From contig JAUCBJ010001950.1 in assembly GCA_032718475.1 (NCBI GenBank), positions 1 to 51,755 on the forward strand: a stretch of DNA of 51,755 nt, in the 5' to 3' direction. Of this stretch, positions 33,166-45,372 are shown piece after piece (position 1 is the first letter of the stretch; every line of letters begins with the position of its first letter). The DNA is from Nemertoderma westbladi (lineage: Eukaryota > Animalia > Xenacoelomorpha). The position numbers were made by a program, and so were the translations under genes. The notes under the pieces are model-generated. The model was not told where the DNA came from and searched no databases. It saw nothing but the letters and a program-made list of their open reading frames with translations.

Positions 33166-35779
33166 CTAGAAATTAAAAACAAAGTACCCGGTATAAATTG
33201 TAAATAAGAACTAGGGCCTATAGCATAAAATAAAATACGAGGCGCGTCGCGTTATATTAAAAATAATATAATACTAATAGTACTTTTGTTCGGACTTCAG
33301 AAGTGAAAAAAATGACAACTCTGCAGTTGAACCAACGATGTACCGTTTTGGTCTATTGGCTAATGTCAGTATCGCGCTAAATGGAGTAGCACCTGGTCAC
33401 TTTTTATATTAAAACCTAAACTGTATGTATATGTATGAATATAACACTGTAATATGAGCGATATTGCGATTTCTCCGCTAAACCTTGCTACAGTTACCTA
33501 TAGAAGTCTGCCTTAAATTAGTATTTCTAATTAAGCAATGCTCGTAGGTTACTACTACCAAATTTCAGATGAATCTGTTGGTTGATTCTATAATTAAAGC
33601 TACTTTTACGTTTCTGTCAATTCGCCCACTAGCGGCAGACAGAGGAATTATAGTAGTCTGTCTGTTTGTAAAATTTCTAAACTTTTGATAAACTACATGT
33701 GTACCTATTTTGGTTACATTTCATCCATGATTGACTGACTTTTTATTGTTGACTTTGTTATTGGGAAAAATTGTACGGTACATTTTTTTTTATACAATTT
33801 TAGAAATTTTAAGCTGCAGGGCATATCAATTCAGATATAGCAAATCCCGATATTTTTTCATCGGGATCGGGACGGGATCGGCAACACTAGTATGTAAAAT
33901 GTATAGCGTCGCTTACGTAAAGTACTTAGAAGCGTTAAATTAATTATTTAATATTATTTTCCATTTTTTTCTACCATTACACTAAATCGCCGTAGCAGAC
34001 ACAGTCGTCGCTCTATCTAGTATGGTGGTATTCTCGAAAAGAGCCAGCCAATTAAATTAGAGATGTGGCTGTTTAAATATGAGATCTAAATCCAATTGGT
34101 TTCCAAATTTTTGAAAAAGGCCCTAAATCCAAATGTATACCTAATAACCTATTCAAATATGTCCCTTAAGCTTAACTCCAATTGGTTTTCATATTTTTGC
34201 ACAAGGCAATAAATCCATTGTAGTACCGGTATAATATAATAATATACTTAAATGTTAAAATGCTTTTCTGCTAGTAGAGCAAGACTAGGCCTACTGACCG
34301 AGGTAGAATAAAACGTCTGTCTTTATCTGATCTGCTCTGATCTGACAGCATCTGATCCTATAACCAATCAGGAGAAAGAGATATAATATTTACCTAACTG
34401 TCTGTTAGGTAAATAGCCAGTACAGTTTAGCTGAATAGGGGATGATCACGTTTCACGTTGCCCTGTCAGCCTGTTAAGTATCAGTATCATCATATGAAGT
34501 AGCAGTACAGGCATACCGGTATGCATCTAATGCACAAAGGTATGTTATATATTAAAAATGCGATATACAGTAGGATGGCGGGTATGAAAGTTGTGTGATT
34601 GTCCCAGCAAAGATGGGATGGTGGATAGTTTCAGATGTAAACAACTTTCGTCTGTTCGTAGATTTAGTTGGTGTTGAAACATTAAACTTTTATTAAAAAC
34701 AATACAGCATTTGCTGCAATATTTTTTTCGTAAATCTTTCTTGTTAATAGTTATCATTATTAATAGTTAAAGTTAATTATATTAATTATAATTAATATTA
34801 TTAATTAAGTACGGTAATGATACTTTATGAATATATTACATTTAAAATATTTATTGTTTGTTTGTTACGCTAAACAGCTAAAGGGAAGGCAGGAAGGGGT
34901 ATATATATCTCTAGGCCTACTGTGTAGTGTGTATATGATGACGAAATGCCCCAGTGGAGTTTACTGATACAGTGGAGTTTATACCCAGACGATGAAAGAA
35001 TATGGGAAGGTGGATGGGAATGTGGGAATTAATAAACGCTGTTGTTACCTTCCAATTGAAGGAAAAGAGCAGGTTACAGCGGCTGTAATTTCTAACCAAA
35101 ACAATAAACGATTTTGTTACCTACCGGTACCAATTGAGGGAAAGGAAAATATGTTACCGCGGCGGCTTGTTTACACCCACCTTCTTACTAACCGTCCGAC
35201 TGACTGATCAATAGATCATCCCCCTCAAAAAATAAAGGACATTGCGCACGCGCATAAAACACTTAATAAAGATAAATTTAATAAAAAATATCGACCAATA
35301 AAAAATCGACCGAAAAATGAAATCCTGGTATTCTTCACATGGGCGAAGAATACCAGACTTTCTGCCGTTTTATTTCACTTTGCAGTTACCCCCATGTGAA
35401 GAATACCAGGTTTTCCCCAAAAACACAGGTTAGAGAAGGGCTGAATATAACCAAAACAATAAACGAATTAGTATATGTACAGGTTATAAGACATAAATAA
35501 GCTCTATAATACACAGAAAAAGAATTAAAATCTTCAAATATAAAATTCCAATAAAAGTCGACCGAAAAGTGAAATCATGGTATTCTTCACAGGGGCGGTA
35601 TTCTTCACATGGACCGGCACCAAAATTTGGCACCAGCCGCTAAAAACAAATTTAAAATTTCTAGCTTATTATATTTGAATTCCTTTTAGTTCGTTTCAGT
35701 TAGTCTTTTAGTTAGTATCGTTAGTTTCAGAGCGGAGGTATTATATTGACCCCCCCCCCCCCCGGGTTTAAGGGGAATA

Positions 35780-35979
35780 CCAGGGAAACTTCACATGCTG
35801 ACATAGGCAGAAAGTCCAGTACTCATTTAGCTAACATTTAAGGATGCAAGGTAGAGATGCCTCGCTAAACCATTCAAAACAATCGTGCCGAAACGAAAAC
35901 TACCTTGGCCCCCATGCCGGGGTTGAACCCACAACCTCCGAGAGATGTGAATTCAATATAACCACTACACCAAGGCTGC
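35780..35979 (-). mobile_element. tRNA-derived SINE in intron
   Basis: A box TGGTGTAGTGG, B box GGTTCAACCCC, followed by a body containing GCTAAATGAGTAC. Confidence 0.6.
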
Positions 35980-36075
35980 AAGGTGCGCTCTGAACCAAGG
36001 TGGAACAAGTGTCAGATACCGTCAGATCAGATCAGATCAGATAAGGACAGACGTTTTAGCCATCCTACTACTGAC

Positions 36076-36960
36076 CTGGTAGAACCGATCCTCGTGTGAG
36101 TTGGAGAAGTAACGGTTACCGGAATCCTGTTTGGGTAACCAAGCGACTGCGTGAGGCGAATAGCGCTCGTACTTCTTATTGTGGAACTCGCTGCCTACGT
36201 CATCAGGTTGCACGGTATCCACGGCAACGCGATCCCTATCCGCTGTGACCACTGGTGTCGCCGTTCTAGTCGAGGATCGCATCACCCCGAAGGTTAACGA
36301 GTTTTGCTGCGAACAGATCCCGGCGACCACATCGACGACAGCCCCGTGCGAGAGGTTGGAAACCTGTTTCTTATTAGCCCAGATCAACTGATCTCCGGGG
36401 TTTAGAGGTACGACAACGCTCCCTTGAGCTTCCTGTACCTCCAGCGGGATCCCCTGATCGGAACCACCCCGGATGGCCACGTACAGAACACGACTGCCAA
36501 TACTAACCGGCTGACTAAAGGAACCGTTACAATCAACAATGAAGGTGGAATCGTGTTTAACACGGATCGTCTTTATATCAGCTTTCCCTTCAGTAAAGTA
36601 ATCCTGAGGAGCGGAAATCGATGTGATGATCTTAAAGACGGTTACTTTAACGGATTTATTAGCTGTTACATCGAATTCAAACTTATCTTGGAGAACTTTA
36701 TGCTCCATGTCGTCCTCAATGTCATCATTAACACCGTATTTCTCAATAAGATCGTGAAGTCTTTTTTCCTTTGTATCGACCATTTCCTTAAAGGTCCTAA
36801 TCTTTCCCCCAGTGTTAGTTTTCTCTGGTGGGTCCGCTTCTCTCTGGCTTACAATCTCCTGCAGTTTCTCCGATTTACTTAACCTCCGAGTTCTCCACTC
36901 CCGGAATTCTTCTTGCCATTTATCTTCCTCCTCCTTCGATATATTATCATTTTCTTCCAT
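36076..36960 (-). CDS. LMO7: LMO7-like upstream exon (DUF4757-like motif and degenerate PDZ-like region)
   Basis: EEEDKWQEEFREWRTRRLS and RTFKEM motifs; LNPGDQLIWAN..LSH PDZ-like segment. Acceptor CAG at 36976-36978; donor CAG|GTCAGT at 36075 is phase 0, compatible with the 33165 exon. Confidence 0.75.
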
Positions 36961-38406
36961 AATCACAGAATCAGTCTGATAATTGGATAATGCACAGCAA
37001 TTAGAGAATAACGTAATAATTTCATCCAGTCTTGTCCAGATGTCACGGGACACACACACAGCTATCTGAGTAGGCCTATCTCTGGCTGTCTTGCAGTCTG
37101 GCTATAAAGGAAGGCTTTCCTGTTCTCCTGTACCGGTAGGTAGGCCTACTCCTTACCTTACTGCCTTACCAGATTGCTGTCCTGCAGGCTATCAGGCTAT
37201 AGACTGTGTGTATACTGGCTGACCGGTGTACTGGCTGACTGCGACTGGCCTAGGCCTACACTACACCAGTCAGCCGTACACCATTCAGCCAGTACTGCAG
37301 TACAGCATTACACAGCAGCAGCACTACAGCACTATATGCAGATATGCTATACTGCTAGGCCTATAACTGTTTAACAGTATAGGCAGATAGCAGTCTAATT
37401 CCTAGTGCATCTTGCATTGCTACCTTGCTGGTCGTAAAATAGTGGAGGCCTATCTGCCTATTTGGGTGCTATTTATAGATCCATACCCCTTTTCTGTCCC
37501 CCAGTTTTTGTAGTTTCAGACTTTTAATAAAACCCAAAATAAGTCTGTCAATCATTGTTAAAATTAAACCAAACAAGGTGCAAAGGCCCCACGGACGTGT
37601 TACTGTTACAGAGTAGGCTATGTACCTTTGGGTGTACCGATAGCTAACATTATACACAGTGTAATAGCAGTACAACGAGACACTAGTAGGCTACTAGACT
37701 GTAAGGATTGCAGTGATATGCATGCCAAACATCCCTAGCACACAAATGCCAAACATCCCGACCGGGGGGAACTTTGATAAATTATAATACGCATAATAAA
37801 TAGGCCTATATTATTCTGTACACTTTATCGTAATACCACATAGTTGACGATCATTTTCATATATCCATAAGATTTATACTTATGAAAGGGGGGTTGCCTG
37901 AAACACAAAAAATAAAAAATTATTGTTTTGGTTGGAGAAATACAAAATGTTACCCAGGGATAGTATTATGAATTGAGTAAAAAAGTAGACCCAATCTACA
38001 TTCTGAAATGCCATTTGGAAGTGCCTCTAAATTCATGTATGCCAAACCTCCCGACGTGCCTCCCTCGACATCAAACTTCCCTAGTCAGCCCTGATTTATT
38101 GATTATTTGTATTAAATTACTTGAAACTTAATTTAATTGTTGTTATTTAATAATATTTGTTTTTAATATTTGTGAAATAGTAGAGGGGTGCGTTTATATA
38201 CTTTGGTGTTTGACTGTCGGTTGAGTTTTAAGTCAGCACTAACATCGTTACCTAAATCTGTAAATAAAAAAACTGGAACTCGGAACTGATATCACAAAAA
38301 TTATGTCGTTTAGGGTTGCCAAGGCCTATGTAAACGACACCGAGTATAGTACTTAAAGTATCATTTCAAGATCCGAGACAACATTACGAAAAGCGCAACC
38401 AGCCAG

Positions 38407-38680
38407 TTATTTCCAGAGGACACTTTCGCTGATCGAGGCTATCGAGCGGATCGCGAACTGCCCCAACCCGAACTCATCTATGGATTCCTGGTCGGTCTCA
38501 ACACCTCCAATGTTGTACAGAGTCTGATTGGAGATGTGTGCATTGTACTTGACCCAATGAACCCGGCGCAGCATTCTTGTGAAAGTACCATCCAGAGATT
38601 TGGTATCCTCTGCAGTTGGAGCCCAGCATGGACTCCCATATAAGAGTACTGGCACTACTGCTGCCATAAATAATCGAACC
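38407..38680 (-). mobile_element. RTE-like non-LTR retrotransposon fragment (RT thumb region)
   Basis: KVRLFMAAVVPVLLYGSPCW...RMLRRVHWVKY..HISNQTLY motif. Confidence 0.8.
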
Positions 38681-39630
38681 TTAACCCTATTACGGGGGGC
38701 GAATCGGCCCCTTCCTAGTTTTTAGTTGCTGTAACTATGCAACCATATTAGGTACCGGCCCAATTTTATTGAGAATTAGCCAAATTTAATGCCGCATCTT
38801 TTGCAAAAAACGACGTTGCAATTGGATTTCTACTTTTCGATGTGGGTGCCACCTCAAAATTTGGTCTCCAGCACCAAATTTTTTGAAATTTTCGAATTTT
38901 ACAAAGTCATTCGTGATTTAGTAATTATTTATGTTTGGGCTATTTTTATTGGTTTGGATCACTCTAATGCTCTATACAAGTATGTAAGTGTAGTGGTAGG
39001 GTCATTTTTGGAGCACCAAAATTAGGGCGTGGCACTTTAAAATTTCAAAATTAGTTTATTCGGAAAATTTACTAAAGTTTCGATTTAAGTTTTTATTGGT
39101 TTTCTGGAGCGCTGAATCGATTGAAAGTAATATAGAAGCCTGAAGACTTAGTGGTTCGCCATTTTTGGTGCACCAAAATTTTTCATTTCATTTTTCAAAA
39201 TTTGAAGTGCCACGACCTAATTTTGGTACATCAAAAATGGCTAACCTCTAAGTCTTCAGGCTTCTATATTACTTTCAATCGATTCAGCGGTCTAGAAAAC
39301 CTATATAAATGCGTTAAAATTTCAATTTTGGTTTATTTTCCGAATCTTGTATTTTTCAAAATTTGAAGTGCCATGCCCTAATTTTGGTGCACCAAAAATG
39401 GCGAACCACTAAGTCTTCAGGCTTCAATATTACTTTCAATCGATTCAGCGGCCCAGAAAACCTATAAAGATGCGTTGAAATAAAAAATTAGGGGCATTTT
39501 CTGAATATCTAATATTTCAAAATTTGAAGTGCCACGCCCACTTCTTAGGTGCACGAAAAATAGCATCCACTTCAATTTTTGGAAATGGAATATAATCACA
39601 TTCGATTCAGCGTCTTGAAAAACCTACTAA
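38681..39630. mobile_element. Non-autonomous DNA transposon fragment with ~161-bp internal repeats
   Basis: Starts TTAACCCT exactly where the LINE homology stops; direct units at ~39201, 39362 and 39523, with inverted copies in ~39010-39175. Confidence 0.55.
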
Positions 39631-41908
39631 ATCTAGCCAACACTGCCACACTATTAGTTTTTAGAAAACGAAAAATTTTGTAATTTTGTCCTGGGACTAC
39701 TTTTATTTTTCATCAAAATTATGATTCCCTGCTTATGAAATTTTAACTTTTTAAGGTTTGGTAGTGTTCATCTATAGTTGTTTCACCACCCTGCAAACCA
39801 TAGTAACATTAAAATAATATTTTTAAACATCTTTACCCTGCAAACCAGAAGTATCCGAGGATTAATTTTGTATTTGAAATTTAATGCTGCTAAAAAGTTG
39901 TGCAATAGTGCAATGAGACAAATTATTTGAGAAAAACCCAAAATTTTACATTTTAATATTGAAATAATCTAAAATAATATTTAAATACTAATATTAAAAT
40001 TCAGATAGTGAAATGACATTCAGAATACATTGGAACAGCAATGTTTTTTATTTAACACATATAATCGCAACATATTTTGATGATATTCTAATACTATATT
40101 CCATACTATTGATATTATAATGTATTTCCAATGTTATCAGAATGTTCAAATCAGAATATTTTCATTGGAAATGAATTTACATTGGGGATGAATCTTAGCA
40201 TTGATATAACAATGATGCGAAAAGGTTATTCTAACGTTGTTTTTCGAATGTTGGCGGGTCATACTTCAACTGCTTTGAATGACAATATTATTCTAATGTT
40301 ATCCTAATGTTATCTTTATTAGGCCCTGCTCTGGTACAGAACTTTGCACGTGAATCCCCATCGTTTTCATTATCGTTATTGTCCAGTCCTTGCCAGTGCA
40401 GATTGTTTAACACACCTACTCAGTGCATCCACATGAACCAAATGTGTTCATGTTTTGGTTTTCCTGGACCGTAACTTACAGTACATGGATGTTTTTCAGT
40501 ACGGTTCCATACAGCCATACCTACAGTAGGCCTACACCCCTACAGATATATCAGTCCTAATGTGCGGTTGTCAATGAGACCAATAAGGCATGTGCCACAG
40601 AGACCACGCACGAGATCCGAAAGGCCGCTTGCGTTTTAGTTACAGTACAGTAAATATCTAAATATTGATAAAAAAAAATTTTGCACAATAAACAAACTTC
40701 GAGAGGGGGGCGGGGTGGGTGTTTTGCCTGTCATGCCCCCTCTACATAACATTGTTCACTCCTTGGTGGAAATAAAGGAGGAAGGAGGAGTTGAAGAGTT
40801 TCCAAGGAACTTTAAAAATAATGGAATGGATTCAAGGAGAGACTCTTCAGTCAGAGTTCCTGTTCCCCGACCAGCCAGTAGTCTTCTCCTGAGGATTTAG
40901 CCAAATGCGAAAAGGCCCTAAAGGAAAAATGATGTACTGGCAAAGTATAAGGTGAGAATGAGAATGGCATCTTTATCCTTTTGTCCTATATGGGAAGTCG
41001 AATTTGACATTAAATTATTTAACAAATTGTGTAAAACAGAATCAGGAATTGTTGAAGATTACTACCTTCGGGTAGTAGCTATCGAAAGAAGAGCCTTCGG
41101 ATCGCTTCCGGCTTCAGCCGACTGTTTGCTTTGCTCGATACGTACTCGAAACGTATTCTTTTGAATTCTAATTATTTGTTCTAGATCAGTAATTAATAAT
41201 TTTTATTAATGAAATAATTGTTTATATATTTTAGCATTAAAATGTTAGTAAGCGAGGAGTTTTTTCTAATCTTTGTAGATTGACGAATTCTCCAACTTCT
41301 CACAATCACTATCGGCTGCGAGTTTTGCCATCTGTGCACGATGGATGGAAACACATTCGCCGAGAAATATGCAAAAACCGCTAGACATGCAATCGGGAAA
41401 ATTAATCGTTCTAAGATGTTTTAAAGGTTAGACAATTTTTCATATTATTTGTTACATACCGATAAGGAATTGTTACAGTATAATACGCCAGTACACATAT
41501 TGTTACAGTACACATATAGGCTACGCCGGTACACATACAGTACATTGACGCTAATGCAAGTTGGCATATGACATTTATTTATTTATTTCTAACATTTATT
41601 GACACATTGTGGGGCCTTCGCGCAGCACGAAAGTCTATAAGAAAGTGTACTAATCTCTATTAGATAAACGGAAACCGTCATTTCCAAGATATCAATCAGT
41701 GATGCATAAACTGGTTGTAAAAAGCAGAGGTCCATTTCAGTTTAACCTTACACGCTTTTTAACTATTTAACTTAACTTGAGTATTTAACCTGCCTTAACA
41801 CGATTTATAGAAGATGGATTCTTGTATCCACTACAAAACTTGTTGCGTTCGTCCTATACAACCTGGTCACCAAATATATGCCTTAAAACATTCCTTTGGC
41901 AATATTGG

Positions 41909-43077
41909 TGTAAAAGCTTTTGTGGGATAACTGATTCGTTTGCCTTGTTGGCCAGTTCCCCCCCAGTCGCTAAGAATACTCTCAAAGTGATCTACAGCTA
42001 AAAATAGTGCAAGTTACCAGCTTATTGGCTGATTTGCTGTACGCAGGCATCTGGGCTCTGTTTAATCGGCCAACAAGCCTAGGGAGGTTGCGTCATAGCC
42101 TTGTTTTTGTATCTCCCAATAGAATTTGAGTTAGCCTTGATTTTGACCTATCACAGAGCTACTGAACTGAAAATTTCCTATCTCACTGCTCTTTCTCTGT
42201 GTTGAACGGGAGCTTCGTGGAATAAGGGAGTTGGTATCCTCGTATAGAGCAGTAGTCACGAGTTTTTCAAAGCCACGAAAGAACGGCTTTTTAGTGTTTT
42301 GTGCTTTCTGCTTTTTAGCTCAACACTAGTAGGTTTAATTATAAGGACATATATCCTTTAACTGGCTTTATACTCTGTAAATATCACTCGCATTTATCGC
42401 ACCTGACTGATTGTCTTAACTCAAAACAAACTGGCATGATTGATCTGTGAATACTGCATACTGCTATTTGTTGTCGGTTATTCATTATATTTGTTGATGA
42501 ATTATTATATTGGAATAACGAGAAATAACCCCGACACCCAATATTCTTGATATACCGAAGGTAAGAGAGAAAGGTTACCAATAACGATTGTGACTTATGT
42601 TAAAGTGGTTTGAAGTGAATCTAATGTTATTTGATAGACCCTACATGAGTCAGTCTGTGTTCCTTTTATATGTGACTAAAATCAGTGAAGATTGGCAGAT
42701 TAGTGTGCAGTATTGTGCAGCATTGTGTATGAGTGAGTCTGTTAAAGAAGCATTTCCTAAAGAATGCGCCATATATGTGAATTATAATTAAGCCATATCG
42801 TTGTGAGTAGTTTAAGTCATAACTCTGTTTATATAAATAAAGCGCCACGTCCTAAAGGAACTGTTAATATTCCCGAAGGTGAATAATATTGTCAGAGATT
42901 ATATAATACTGTCAGTCGAATAATACATTAGGCTTACATAGCAATAAAATTAAACCGTCGAACCCAATCTCCCGGGAATATCCAGCGGGTGAATGGTCGC
43001 GCACAGATTGGTTTCGACTAGTGTAGTGAATCAAATACTTGTCATAGGCTAAAAAGCGATTTAATATCTAGAAGACA
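41909..43077 (+). repeat. Putative 5' LTR of copy B
   Basis: TG start, AATAAA at ~42943, end ...AGAAGACA followed by TCTTAATTTGGCGGG; the 3' ~750 bp is shared with copy A. Confidence 0.55.
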
Positions 43078-45372
43078 TCTTAATTTGGCGGGTTAAACTG
43101 CCAAAGGTCTGAAAGCGCGAACATTAAAGGATATAGCTTCTTTGTTGCAGTAAGCAATAAAGTTGAAAGTACCGGTCAACTGGTAAACCTGAACCGGTAC
43201 ATCTGTAGGTCAGTAGGCCCAACTGCCAGAACCGGTACTGCCGTAGGTCCGTAGGTCCAACTGCCAGAACCGGTACTTCTGTATGTCCGTAGGCCTAGCT
43301 GTCCTAACCGGTACTTCCGTATAAGTACACTAGTATTATTCGATTTGATTGTTGCATACCGGTAGGCTGTTTAAGGGATTAGGGATTGATCACCCCTTAT
43401 ACCTTTATATGGTTTACTTATCTCTGTCAAGTTTTATTTATTTGTAGGCCAGTATTGAACAGAAGGCGTGTAAACCTGATCAGATTGTACAGACGATTTG
43501 TAGGCTGAGCTGTTGTCTGATTGCTGTTAAGTCCGAACGGATTGCAGTGTGTGTAGATCACCTGTCCGATTAAGTACGGTTAGGAAGTAGGGGCAGCGAA
43601 CGCTGTAAGGTAAACCCCCAACTAAAGAATAAGTCGCACTACTGGGTTAGAGCGCATACTCCCTAATCATTTCGGAGTCTGCATGTCCTGTAGTTTATTT
43701 AGGCTTGAGAGTAGTCTGCCATCGTTTAGTCTGTACTTCGTTTGTGTAAGTCTGTACGGGTAGCGTATAATTTTATTTAGATAATTTGTAGGCTGGATAG
43801 TTGTCCGGCTGTTATTAGGTCTGAACGGATTGCAGTGTGTGTAGATCATTTGTCTGATTAAGTACGGTTAGGAAGTAGGGGCAGCGAACGCTGTAAGGTA
43901 AACCCCCAACTAAAGAATAAGTCGCACTACTGGGTTAGAGCGCATACTCCCTAATCATTTCGGAGTCTGCATATACCGTAGTTTGTTTAGGCTTGATAGT
44001 AGTCTGTCAGTGTTCGGTCTGTATTTTGTTTGAGTAGTTTGTACGCGTAGCGTAATATTTATTATTCAGAGTTTATGCGATTATCCGCAACATTCATTCC
44101 CCAAGTTTGTTCCTACAGTAATTGTGTTTGTTATACATACCGCTATAGTTAAATTAACCCCGGTACTACACGGGCTGCTCGGCGTAGGTAAAGACTGGTG
44201 ATTTTGTGCATCGGTCACTCCAGCAGATGCCGTGGTTCTTTTAGCTGTTCAAGTATATTTAACTACTGATTATCTGTTGTACAAGTACTCGTACCTAATT
44301 TAGGGTTTAGTGTACAGTACTTTCCAAAGTAATTAGTGTAGGCATTATATTTGTGTTGTAAAGTGGTTGATAGGCACGTTCGATTAGCTCTATTAACTTC
44401 TAGGTAGGAACACTCCGTGATACATAACGTAGAACCTATAGCGATACGGCTATAGGTCGTCAGGCGGTGGTATTTTTCTATCTGGACAACGCAGTGTATT
44501 TACTACTACTTATTATTTCGAATACCGTAGTACCCTGTCCGTTGTAATAACCAGTTTTCTAACCCTTTGTTAGGCTGGTTTGTAGACTTCTTGTAAAATT
44601 ACCCTAAAAATTCGTATTTGTGTTTTTGTAAATTTTTGTGTTTATTTAGAGTTTGTAATCTCACCCGAATTGTACGTAATTTGTAGTATTAAGTAACTTA
44701 GGTAAATTAGTATTATTTGTTTTAGTGTCCTGTACGTAACACTTCACTGAAAGCGTACCGCTTTGTGTAGTGATTACCCCAGAAATAATAACATTTATTT
44801 CAAAAATTGACAAAACCCATTAAAACGGGTATATATATATTATAAATCAAATCTAACGATTTATAAATAGTAGGCCTACCATATAACAATTAGGTCTCAA
44901 TATCAGTTGGACTACTGCTTAAATAACGGTAATAAAGTAAGTTAAAGTAACCAAGTAACCCTAAAGTTCAGAAATTCAATTATTCTAAAATAATTGATAT
45001 ACCGGTATTTACAATAGGCCTATTATCTTTATTTCTGTAAATTTTAGGCTTACATTATACCGGTACTTGTAATTAATTCTAGTCCAGAATTATATATACT
45101 ATAAACTGTAAGCTGTGTACCGGTATTCCCGATAGGCCTATTATATATTTATATATACTTGTGCTAAAATTATACCGGTACTCTGCGATAAACCTAGTCT
45201 GTAATAATACTTATATATACTATAAGCATACCGGTATTCTAATATATTATATATACCACGCTGCATTGAGTAGCAGTACCGGTAATTAATTACTAGGCTA
45301 GCAGTTAATACTGAGTTACTAGACTTACTCAGACTGTAATACAGCAGTAGACATTTAACGGTATACATAGTC

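Noticed and set aside
34298-34356. Extra LMO7-like micro-exon
   Set aside because: AG/GT flanks exist, but the 59-nt length breaks the phase-0 join and the segment overlaps an inverted repeat.
35905-35979. Functional tRNA gene
   Set aside because: A and B boxes are present but no convincing cloverleaf or anticodon arm; continues into a SINE-like body.
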